Notes under the pieces: model-generated
Databases searched by the model: none
What the model was told of the DNA's origin: nothing
What the model saw: the letters and a program-made list of their open reading frames with translations, nothing else
Part shown: positions 11,382 to 22,561 of the stretch, piece by piece
Position numbering within the stretch: the stretch's first letter is position 1
Layout: each line of letters opens with the position of its first letter
Program-made: the position numbers and the translations under genes
Assembly (NCBI GenBank): GCA_003614145.1
Contig: KZ987745.1
Location: 1-32,823 of the forward strand
Source: Piptocephalis cylindrospora
Taxonomy: Eukaryota
Reading direction: 5' to 3'
DNA: 32,823 nucleotides

Positions 11382-11805
11382 GATGGTTACCATCTTCCTG
11401 TAAGGTCAGTCCATGCATGGTATGGGGGGATGGGGATGATTGGGAGAATGTGTCTGGTTGACGCGGATTTTGGGATAGTATGCTTGAGAGGCATGGCCTG
11501 ACAGCATGTAGCCCTTCCTCCATCCCCTCCCCCCCTCTTCTTAACGATGGGCAGGATTCATGGATAAGGACTTATCGCTTAGGGCAAGGGAGAAGGGAAA
11601 AAGGAATCGAGGATATACCCTCTTGGTGAAACATCAAGGTAACAGGGACTTATTGAAGTGTGCAGTTTCTTTCTACTTTTGTGTCCCTCCGTCTGCTTGT
11701 ATTGTTTACTGAAGTGAGGTTATTGAGGCATGGGGAGGGGGGAAATATGGCTGTGTATTGTACTCCCCTTTCCCCTCCTCCGTCCCCCTTCTCTCTTTCT
11801 CTGCG

Positions 11806-12493
11806 CTAAAAAGGGATGGAACTCCAAAGAAGTGAAGCCGACGGAAGCAAGAGCAAGGGATAAAGTGGGAGGACCAAGGGTGTGGCCGAGGAGGTTCGAG
11901 TGGAGTGTGTGTTATTGTCATCTCCAGTGGCGTCCGCTGCATCGTTTTGCCCAGGCTGTGGTCCTGCATCATTGGAGGAACCACTGGATGAGCCATCTCC
12001 AGGGTTGACTATGTCAAAATGATAGGATGTGCCCATGTTCACATTATTAATATCTTTCGCATTCATACCATCGGCCTCGCGAGCAAAGGTCACATACCTT
12101 GAAATTCCCCCGTAAAGATGGGCTGTCTACCCCCAGTCATGCGGATGTAATACTCTCCTGGGGTCAGGTTCTTGGGGATGGTCCAGTTATATGAGCCAGC
12201 ATCAGGCTTTACATGCCGATCGATGGGTCGAACAGTTCCGGTCTTTTTATTGACGAGCTCCAACTGAGTCTCTTTGGGGTTGGACCCTGTAGATGCATCC
12301 TGGATCCAATTCACAGTCATGATCGAGCCTGTATGGGACAACAGCATGAGATATAGGATGAATGAATAGTGAAATCAGATAAATGAACTGTACCTGGGAT
12401 GAATGGGCCCACTGGAGTATTGATGTTCCCAACAGCTGCTTGGGCCGCTGGAAGGGCAAGTAGTAAGGTCCATGTCCAGGAAGGGGGCTGCAT
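11806..12493 (-). CDS. Small secreted, probably GPI-anchored protein with Kre9/Knh1-N-like domain, 177 aa; exons 12493..12394, 12328..12098, 12008..11806
   Basis: Signal MQPPSWTWTLLLALPAAQA; domain pattern INTP...MTVNW...LELVN...GSYNWTIPKNLTPGEYYIRM...FTGEFQV; polar linker; hydrophobic C-terminus. Two phase-1 introns. Confidence 0.75.
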
Positions 12494-12980
12494 GTTGTTA
12501 ATGATTGGTTTGGATATGAGTGGGGATGAGCGTGAGGATGAAGATGGGTGAGGCCAGAAGGGGCAATGAGTGAAGCTGAAAGCTAGGCTGAGAATGTGAA
12601 TGAATGATGGTGGATGATAAGGTACCATGAGGAGATGGTATTAGAACAACTCCTTTTATATCCAACACTACATAAACCATACGTTCTTAGCAGCATGTAT
12701 TCTCATCGAGGATTTTAGATGAAGTTGGCGCCCAAGTAAAGGATAACCTATTTTGATACATGACCTGATAGAGATTTGTGCAGAGGCCTTGGTATTATTA
12801 AAGAATGGCTTACTTAATAGCAATTCACAAAAGCTTAATGATCTCCTCTCCCCCTCTTGAAAGATATAAAGTATAGTGAATGTCGGTGGAGGCGCCAGCG
12901 CCAATAAATGTGCTATTGATAAATGATCTGACCCCATTTCCTCCATGCTCAGTCACTCACTCTATCACCAGGATGATTTA

Positions 12981-14249
12981 CTAGAGACAAAGGAGCATGG
13001 AAATGACCCCTACCACTGCTGGCCCCACCATGATATGGACGTGGGGAATGGCCAAGCCAGAAGTTGCGGAGACGGCCCCATAGGAAGCACGCTTCCTGCT
13101 GACCTTCCCATTAAACATTCCATTGACTGGAATGGACCTGGGAGTCGGGGAGGACCATCGAGTCTCCGTGGCTGGGTAAGAAAAGGCGAAATGATTAGCC
13201 GGAGAGGGGATGGAGATTGTAGTGGCAGCAAAGGCAATGGCGGTAGGTAGGGTTTGAGCTTCATTCAAGTAAGTATGCAGGACCGATATAACGCTCTCCT
13301 CGGCCTTCTTCATGAGCTGGTTGGCCAATGGCCCCTCTAGTATGGGCATGGCCTGGGATGGCATGTCCAAGGGCTTGGCTAGGAGGGTAGGGGCTGCTGG
13401 AGCAGTGGGAGTGGGCGCCAGGACAGACGGCTCAGCCATTGCCAGAGTCATAAGCGTTCCAGGCAAGGGTGCGACACCTCCAGGAGTAGGGATCCCCATC
13501 TGCTCAGCCGAAGGAGCCACTGCAGGCTCAATAGCCTCATTAGCTTCCTGGGGCTGATGAATATCCTCCTTCTCCAGAGGGTAAGACACCAGAGCAGGAG
13601 ATGCAGTAAACTGAATGGGGGCCATTCCTGTATCATGCAAAACCAGGGGGCTCTGAGAAGAAGGTGGGGAAGGCAAGGCGACTTGCTGAGAGTTTAGTAC
13701 CGGGCCGATGGGCACGACAGGGTTATCGCTGAAGCTACGGGAAAAGAGCTTGGGTACCCAACCACCAACTCTTTCAAAGTCCTCCCAGTTAGAATCGTCG
13801 TCATCTTCATCGCTATCCTCGTATACTATAGGGTGCAGGAGCGCGTCAGGGAAACCCATTCCCTTACATCAATATCACTTTCCTCTAAAATACTTACTAG
13901 TAAAGTTGCCGCTATAGAGAATCTTTTCAGGGGTCTTCTGGAAGAGGATGAGATGGAAGTCACCTGGTCCAATATCCGTGTCCCAGTGAACATTAAGGAT
14001 CTGGTCCTTAGATTGGCCGGTCCCAAGAAAACTCTGAACCCCAGTATCTCGATTAACTGCCACGAAATTTACAGTCGCAACACCCTTCCCATCATGTTTC
14101 CATGTCAGTGGGATCTCCTCACCCACCGAGTAGCTCCCCATTGGGGTGTACAGGGCATTAACATCCGCCAGGGATGTAGGGGCTTGGGTGATTGCAATAG
14201 AGGCGAGGAGGAAGATGAGGTTGTATGGGGATGAGGTATGGAGAATCAT
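12981..14249 (-). CDS. Secreted, probably GPI-anchored protein with Kre9/Knh1-N-like domain and Pro/Ala-rich stalk, 398 aa; exons 14249..13898, 13825..12981
   Basis: Signal peptide; LYTP...IPLTW...GPGDFHLIL...YSGNFT|I; GTAAGT..TAG intron 13897..13826 joins two ORF-track ORFs in frame; hydrophobic C-terminus VGPAVVGVISMLLCL. Confidence 0.72.
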
Positions 14250-16017
14250 AGTGACAATTTGTTTTTTGGAGGGACGAAGGAGAGGTGGGATAGTGAGATG
14301 AAGAAAAAGTAGGTGATAGAGCGAATCGATGGGTCAGTCTAGGGATGGGGAACCGTAAGAGGAAATATGATGGAAAAGGAAATGAAATGAGAGGGGGAAA
14401 GGTGGATGTTGGAGGATGAGATAGAGAGCCTGGCCTTTTTATCATTCCTCCATGATCCCTCCCCGGTAATTTTTGGTGAAAAAAATGATACTGGAGGCCT
14501 TTCCCAAGCTTCATTGACTGATAAACCGTGGAGTAGAATGGAATCCAAAGGAATGAGGCCCGCTTGGTAGCAATTGTTATGGCCTCTTTCCTCAGTGACA
14601 CGGAAGATCGTCAAGGACCATGGTTAAGGTGAGACCTTGTGGGATTTTTGAACGCAAGGAAGCCGGAGCCATGGTTAAAACACATGCTCCCCAGCGGCTC
14701 TAGGCCCGTCTCACACCCGTCTGCCCCCTGAGTCACAGGCGAGCCCTACCTATTTCCACATGAAATGGCTTTCCATCGATTTCCCCATTGAGCAGGATGA
14801 TGGGAGGAATCGTGAACTCCAATGCCCCCCCTCCCCTCCCCTCCCCTGAGTAGCTATTGCGCCCGAAGCAGCTGGGAGGAACTGCGCAACCTTTGTGCCC
14901 GTCAAAACCCCCGAATAGACATGGCACCAAGGAATGAACGTTGTTAGGGTAGATGGTAAGTATTACGGCTTAGGAAAGTGTCATAATTCCCATGCCTATA
15001 ATCTCCGCTTAGTTGGCGCTTCCTCAGGCTTTATGGTATTGCGACAGGTGGATGGAATCCTGTTGAAACCAAACTCAGCAATTAAGAGAGAGAAGAGGTG
15101 ATGCATTGGCCACTGATCTGATTGTCTATCACCGAAAACAATTAAAAAAGCACACTTTCACAAAATATGTACTATAAACCAGGTTGGACCTAAGTTCAAA
15201 CTGATCACCTAGCCGATCATCCGTGCCCATCCCTGTGTCTGAACTGGTGTTCTGGCCCGCACATACGCGCCGTCCTGACTTTAGCTGTCAGGTACATTGA
15301 TGATAGGGAGTGCTACATCTTGGGGAAATTGGATACTTGATCAGGAGAGTAAATAAGCCTTGTGTGAGCGATATGGATGACCCAAAGGGCGCATCCGTGT
15401 ATGAGGATCCTCTCATGTTTCGAGAGACCCTTGAGCCCTTAGAGTTGAAAGAAAACTAGCCGACCCGGCAATTGATGATGATAAAACCGGTTTATTCTTC
15501 CTCATGGGGCAGGCTACAGAGTATCCGAACGCATTATTCGCCTAGGCCGGCAAGTGTGATACCAAGGACATTGCCCTGGAGAAACTCCCGCTACCATCTA
15601 GGTCTCCTAATCAATTCAGGAAAGCTCAAGATACGTATGAGCATACCATCATCCCCCGGCAGTAACATACCCATCAGCGTCTCGGTTCGGTGATTAAACG
15701 GCGAGAGAAACATCATATTGAAATCAAAATAAAACACAAAGACAATGATTTTGAAAAAAAATTAAAAGAGATGAGCAGGCTCAATCCAGTAAGTCTAATG
15801 ATATTACCGCTGTACACAATACAGGATAATCAAGTATGAAAAAACGCTCCTCGCTGATGATTAATAATCCAGCTTCGCCGGGGCATAAGCCATGGTGGAG
15901 GGGGCAGGCTTCCGCACATTATCGAATAAATCTTCCCGGAAGGAACCCACTCCCTGATAAAATACACCTGTGGGGCCTCGCTCTCCAGAGGAAGAGTGGC
16001 CACTACCCAGCTCGCTC

Positions 16018-16770
16018 TTATCGCGCCCCGCCCCCCCCCAGCCAGGGGTGGGTGGTCCGGTTGGCCAGGGTAAGGTAGATGAAGGCCTCGGCAATCGAAA
16101 TGAGAAAGGTATATCTCAAGGATGCGGGATGACCGGCTGTGGGCAGTAGCGCCGGGATATCCATGGCAGGCAACAGGACGGGGGCTAAGCATAGGATAAT
16201 TGCCCGCTGCTTCTCCCACCCCACCAGCATCCCACCACGTTGCCCCAAGCCCAAGGCATACAACTGTCCTAGGATTAGGGCGACCATCTCCATGGACCAA
16301 CAGATCGGCCGTAGGGTAGTGTAAGGCATCTCCATTTTACCACGACCAACGATACCAGCGGCCCGGGACCCGATGGCAACAAAGTAGGCCATGGATGCTG
16401 CGATGAGAAGGGCAAATCGGAAGGTGGATGAGGTGGATTGAACATACTGGCGGTATCGTTGCCCAAGATCCAGGTGAAGATGAGCGGCACATCCGAGCAT
16501 GAGCATATGTGAGCACATAGTCCAATCCAGAGCGGGGCTTGCGGTTGTCTCCACGGCTACCAGGAGAAGATATATTCCTCGTCCGCACGCCACGAGAGTC
16601 AATAGAAGGGCCGTACACCATTCCGCCTTATGGATGCACATGCCTTGTCCCCGTCGACGAGTGAGGAAGATAAATGAGAGGATAAGGATGAGGGTCAAGC
16701 CCGAGATTCCTAGACCAAGGCTGGTAAGGACCACCTCGACGGTCCCAAAAAGATTGGTCCATGAGTTCAT
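16018..16770 (-). CDS. Orphan multi-pass membrane protein with about 7 TM helices (GPCR-like), 250 aa as read; may extend to 15861
   Basis: Seven hydrophobic segments by eye from MNSWTNLFG; QRY after TM3; pyrimidine-rich leader before ATG 16770; the ORF stops just after a G9 run. Confidence 0.6.
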   Translation of the reverse strand: MNSWTNLFGTVEVVLTSLGLGISGLTLILILSFIFLTRRRGQGMCIHKAEWCTALLLTLVACGRGIYLLLVAVETTASPALDWTMCSHMLMLGCAAHLHLDLGQRYRQYVQSTSSTFRFALLIAASMAYFVAIGSRAAGIVGRGKMEMPYTTLRPICWSMEMVALILGQLYALGLGQRGGMLVGWEKQRAIILCLAPVLLPAMDIPALLPTAGHPASLRYTFLISIAEAFIYLTLANRTTHPWLGGGGAR

Positions 16771-18551
16771 GCTACGCGAATAATGTATGATGAGAAGGGA
16801 AGAGGAGAAAATAGAGCGAGGAATGTGGAAAGAAAAGGCGATTTGGACGGAAAGGGGAGCAAAGAAAGATGATATGTGGAAGGGGGAGGCAATAGGATAC
16901 AGCAAGAGAATGTAAGATGGAGAATCGTGGATGAGAGTGAGTTAAAATTGAGGGAGAGTCGAAGGGACAATAGGAAAATTATGCGATGTAAAGAAAGAAA
17001 GAAAGAAAGAAAATCCAAAGACGAAGGGAAGGATGCTTGAATGAGAAAAGAGCGAGATAGATCATGGAACTGGGAGCCATGACTGTCCAGCAATATATAG
17101 CCGATCCAGCATCGGAGCAATCCGTCGTGATGCTTGAGCTTACATCGTCAGATTTCCCCTAATGTACTCCGCCCTCACATCCCATGTCTTCTCCCCCCAC
17201 CCCCAAAGCCCATTCCCTACCTCATCATGCCGAGCCCTACTGGTGGTATGCAGGGGAGATACATGAAGGGAGGGGGAAAGAGAGATGCGGCGCACAAAAA
17301 GGAGAGCGCAAACTCTGCGTAACATCTTGGTGAGGCGAGGCAACCATCTCAACGGTGGAATGACATATACAGATCCTTGGTTGTTCTTGCGACATTGTCT
17401 CAAAGCTCCCCAGTCTTTCCCACTCCCCACCCCTCTCCAGATCCTATGCTGGATGTATGTGAGAAGGATAGTGTGGAATGGATTGGAAATCGGCCCAGGA
17501 AAAAGGATGCAGACGATCTGTGCGGCACTGTACAGGCCAGCTCACTTCTCTCTCTCTCCCCTACACTGCCTATCACATCCCCTCCTCCTGCCTCTCTTCA
17601 GGTCATATCGTATTTTATACCATATTAGGTTCCTATAGCTAGTCAATGAGTGCTTTGGGTTTGGAGAGACCCAGCCCCATTGACAAGAGATGTGGAAGAT
17701 TGCCCCATGATTTCGTGCATCTGAGTGTGGGAAGCGACCTTCATCTATCAGAATTATTGTGTCCCCTTTTTATCCTCGCCAAAGGCTAGGCTGGGATAAG
17801 CAATAATGAAAGATGCTTGGTAAGATGAGCTGTAGTGATTTCCAAGGGAAGATGCCTTGCTGATTAAGAATAATTGCCTTTAGGAACATGCCCCAGCATG
17901 GGGGTTGAGGCTAAATCCAGATTATAATGGTGTGCACAGCCATATTTTCTTTATGGCCAGATATCATCACACACCTCTATGACTAGGAGTCGTATCGATT
18001 CATCAATTCTCTCTAATATGCAAGGATTATTCAGCTTTTGATCGATTCATTTTAAGGCTGTAAGCCCCTCATGGGCGATCAAATTATCGCGTTTTAATCT
18101 GCTTGATCACCCCGTGCATAAGTATGGCGACGATCCAAAGGTCTGCTAGCTGATCGAACTCGCTTCACTCATGCTAGATCAAAATGGAAAGATAAGCCGC
18201 GTCCAGGATACAGGCCTGATAGCCTATGCTAAAACTTAACTAGAGTTTCCCTTAAACCCGCCTTTGTCCTTATTCCTAAGAAGCACACCACTACATTACA
18301 CAAAATAGGGCTTAGGGTGAAATGAAGAGCCCCACTACCGAAGATCTCCAAACTCTGCCACATTTCACCAGTATCTTCTGAGCGGCGTCATATCTCCATA
18401 ATTCCCTTCTATCCGGATAGTCGTAATAGAAACTAGGGAAATGTGGATGTATTTCTACTCTTCGTGCATCATCATCATTACTACCAGCTGGTGTCTGGAT
18501 ATTTGATTGGGGAGGAGGGGAGGGAAGGGGACAAGCTTACGGTATACCAAA

Positions 18552-19172
18552 TTAATGAATAAGGACCGAGACGAGGAGAGTGCCAACGAGACCGCACCCT
18601 AGCATAGACGGAGACGTGTGGAAGATCGCGTCCCTGTTGCCATTGGAACGAGCAGTCTTATTCCCGGAGGGAGATGCAGTCTGGTTTACACCCTGTCCCG
18701 TCTTGAGATCACTGGAGTTGGTCCCATTGCCCGGACCGAAAGGCCGAGGAGGCCATGGAGAAGGAACCATGCCATTGGCGCTTTCTGGAGGGGTTGAGGT
18801 GAAAGTCGTCTGTCGATCATTTTCACCTGGTCCATGAGCAGAATGGGCGTTGTCAGGCCGTCCGGGATAGGGGCCATCACCTTGGTGCTCATTGTAGTTG
18901 TTAGAATCTCCCTTGTAAGTCTCGCCGTAGTTGTTGGCGTTTCCCTTGGGAGCTTCACCATAGCCGGAATCCTCATGGTCATCATCGTCATGCGCAGATT
19001 CTCCGTAAGATGCATTCTCATGAGACGACTCGCCATAAGGAGTCGCACCGTAAGTGTGATCACCATACGCGGCACCATAAACATCGGATCTCGTGGAGGG
19101 TGTATTCCCATTTCCAACGGCCATGGCCGTGGCGACGATCAAGGGAAGGACAAAAATGGGGCTGTGAATCAT
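18552..19172 (-). CDS. Secreted, probably GPI-anchored low-complexity protein with repeated YG motifs, 206 aa
   Basis: Signal MIHSPIFVLPLIVATAMA; YGAAYGDHTYGATPYGES..SYGES..GYGE..NYGE; N-glycosylation sequons NAS, NGT, NSS, NQT, NKT; hydrophobic C-terminus. Confidence 0.7.
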   Translation of the reverse strand: MIHSPIFVLPLIVATAMAVGNGNTPSTRSDVYGAAYGDHTYGATPYGESSHENASYGESAHDDDDHEDSGYGEAPKGNANNYGETYKGDSNNYNEHQGDGPYPGRPDNAHSAHGPGENDRQTTFTSTPPESANGMVPSPWPPRPFGPGNGTNSSDLKTGQGVNQTASPSGNKTARSNGNRDAIFHTSPSMLGCGLVGTLLVSVLIH

Positions 19173-19990
19173 TATGAAAAGCGGCAGGGTAGGATCAGGA
19201 GCTTGTGTGGATAGGAAGAGGGGTGGTTCGTTATACGCTAAAAGAGTAGAAAGGCGTCCAAATATGGGGGATAGAAAAAAGGCTTCGATGGAGAAAGAAA
19301 GATCCAAGGCTTGGGGGAGGACGGATACCTTGGAGGGTTTAAATAAGCCTTGGGGGAGGGAGGGGGGAGGGCGAGGGTGAGGAAAAAAGGAAAATTGACG
19401 GGGCCCAGGAAGGCGTATGCGCCCGATGCGGGCAACGAACCGGAAGAACCAACCGTCCATAGATGATTATCTCCACCACAGAACCCATACACGTCGTTTC
19501 AGGACCCAGGTTTTTGGCTACTTGAATCTCCGCTTTCGTTATTTCCAGCCCCGACAAGGCCAATCCCGACTCCGCCCCTACCACACAGCACCTGATAAAA
19601 AAGTCACTAAGTTCGCGAATTCTGCCCATGTGGCTATCTTTAGGCTCAGGGGAAGTAGAATGCATGCTGCTTGGGTGATCACCATCCTTACTGCCCCTAA
19701 GGCACATCTCCCCCTGAGAAGTGTGTGCAGCCGCCTTACTCTATGCCTTATAAGGCATGGCCGTGTCATGGAACCACAATGATCCGATATGGGGGAGAGA
19801 GGGAGTGAGGAGGGCCCTTCAAATACTCCGACCATCCTCCATTTTCTGGACGCAAAGCTGATGTATGACCATCAGGGGAAGAAAAAGGTCAACAAAGCCA
19901 GTGTGACATAGATCTCAGTCAATGCAATCTCCTTTCTGTCTTCTTCACTACCCCCGTCGACGAGCCGATCCTAGCTAAAGCGCATCCCTC

Positions 19991-22273
19991 ATGGACCGAC
20001 TTTACCCAACAAGACCATCCACCTCACCTCACCTACCCAGCTGGATGCGTGGGTATGGCGATGTGCCCCGGTTTTCAGAGCCCGATGAACCGCAGCGCCG
20101 CCTTCCCTCCCCACCCTACCCTGCCGAAGGATTCAGGAGCTTTCGGCCGGGACAGAGTACCCGCCTACCTGACCCTTTGGAGCTGACACGGGGAGGCTTT
20201 GACGACACTGTGGCCTTTCCAATGCCCCTAGCACGAGAGAGATCTGGGAAGCGGGAAAACCCCCTCCAGATACCTCCCTATACGTCTGCCCGACCACGTC
20301 TCCCACATCCAAAGGACCCTTGGATGGGGGAATATCAGCCAGAGAGAAGATATTCGCCCATCCCTCTTTCCCCTCCTGCCCCAAGGACAAAGGTAAATCC
20401 AGCCGCCCACTATGCTGCCATTCCTGAAGCCCACCAAGAAGGAGGACGTTTCTCGGATAAGGCCTATCATCACCCTATACCAATGGCCAATTGGTATGGT
20501 CCGCCTACCAGAGAGACGTTCAAATCGCCTTTGGTGGGACATACTTCCCAAGGGCACCATCGCCCGTCCAAGCCATGGTAGATTGAATAAGGCGTTGCGA
20601 TTCATTCTCTTCATAAACTCACTTACCCCTGTATAGGCGCGTGGGCGGTCGTTCATCGTATGTCAAATGGAACACATCAGGAGTCATTGCAGAGAAGCTT
20701 ATTCTTCGGACACACACCCTTCTCCGAACCGAAGCCTACCTGGAGCGTCGGTCCATGGGGTTCCTCCTGGCACGCCGAGAAGTATCGGGTCGAATGTGGA
20801 TTTTGGATCGATTTGATGCTGGAGAGCCCATCGATATCCAGGGCCAGAAGGACAGGCTACCACGACGACCAGCTGCTGCCTCGGCGGAGGATGTGATCTT
20901 TGAGGTACGGCGAATGAGTGAAACGAGCAGTAGGTGAGGTTCATCCTCAAACCCTTTGTATTCCCGTTTATATAGGTGTGGAGAGCCAGGACCCAAGAGG
21001 AGTGTAAAGAGCTTCTTTTGGATTATTACCGAAGATCCCGGAAGGTAGGTCAAATCTATTATCCCTTCTGTGCGATAAGTGTTGATTTCCCTTGCCATCT
21101 AATGATATATAATCCCAAATGATCCATTTTATAGGAGCTGGAGGAAGGCTTGATCAAACCAAGGGCCGTGGGAATCGTCATCCTAGCCATTGATCAGTAT
21201 GGAGAAACGCGAGGAGCAGCAGGTAAGTCCGCCCTTGATCACCCTGGACCATACTGCTACTCCCACTTATTATATGCCCTCCTACCGGTGACTAGTTCGA
21301 ATCCTTGGGACACATCTGAGTCTTTCAGCACTCCCCATCCTCATTCCTCCCATCCCGCTGTCTCACATGCATGCTCAGGATCCGGTAGGGTAGGTGAAAT
21401 GTGGGAGGGAAGTAGGGATATGTTGATGGGGTAGTTACTTTAGGGATAACACCATCCCTCCCAAATAGCCTCTTGTACCTCGATTCCCAGACAGGCCAAT
21501 TGACCCCACGGGATCTCCATGCCTTCCACGAGAATGCTTCTCATCCAGTGGGGATGTAAGTGATTGCGTGACACAAAGTATCATTAAAGTATTCAACGCT
21601 TTTCCCTGATCTCCTTTCTAGATGGGTGATGGAGGAAGTTGGAAAGGATCATGGGACCTTCCTGGGTCCTAAAGCGGTGGATGCCCTTGGTTGGTGGCTG
21701 CGGCAGGGGCCAGGAGGGCCTAAAGAGACCAAGGAGCCCATGGCCCTCGGGCTTTTGAGCTCCCACCCTGGTCGGCTTGATCTTTACGAACTTTCCTTTC
21801 AGGTGGGTAGTGTAGGATGGATGCCTTTCCCGATCCCACCCTCTTACCCCCTCCTCTCTTAGGCCACGTCCATGCCCACACGCCCCCTTAAAGCTACATT
21901 GTTACCAGGGCAAGAGGGAAGGGAGGTGGCAGTACGAGAATGCCCACTGGAAGGGGAATTACCCTTCTTGCAAGCTTTCGACCTTGCAGGAGGGGATCAG
22001 ATACCACACCATTTGCCCGGGTCAACTGGATCTCCTGGAAGACAGGATGACCCGATGATGGCCCCGCCCAGATCCCCCCAACCCAAGATTCCTATCCCTC
22101 CTGGATCACCTCAGTCTAAAACCCGTGCCGCTCCCCAACTCATGCAAGAAGGCGATGCCATGGCCCATCCATCATGGGCACTATACGAGGAAATGGCCCG
22201 TCTCCGTCTTCAGGTCCAGGCACTGCAGCACCAAATGGATCGTATGGAGGCTCGGACCAATCGGCCCTGGTAA
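19991..22273 (+). CDS. STIL N-terminal-domain protein with C-terminal coiled coil (STIL/Ana2/SAS-5-like), about 594 aa; exons 19991..20577, 20637..20904, 20976..21044, 21135..21222, 21296..21389, 21469..21555, 21622..21802, 21863..22273
   Basis: Seven GT-AG introns give one continuous frame. Motifs GFLL, LDRFDAG, RTQEEC, PILIPPIP, GLLYLD, PVGIWV and LYEL occur in the same order as the STIL-N motifs I recall. Confidence 0.7.
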
Positions 22274-22561
22274 TTAATGTCTTCATGGAGTATTTGCCGT
22301 GGCCTGGGGACGCTGTTTTGACAGGGCAATGTGTGTGCATTATCATGTAATTAATTACAAGAACGACTCGTATCGATCTGTCTGATGTTTCGTGTAATTC
22401 ATTTAATGGTCAATGGTCAGCGATCATTGACGTGTACCGCTCCATCACAACAAGAATCTTGTCATATCATGTCCATTCTCTTTCAAATGTATTACTTGCA
22501 TAAGAATACGCAAGAAAAAGAAATTAGACCGACCACAGGGATATCACGAAGGAAGGGAATC

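Noticed and set aside
14600..15800. Long spacers (also 17100..18500 and 24230..25400) checked for ncRNA, transposon or hidden genes
   Set aside because: No terminal repeats, transposase/RT motifs, RNA-gene signatures or consistent exon chains found by eye; a covariance-model scan could still find something.
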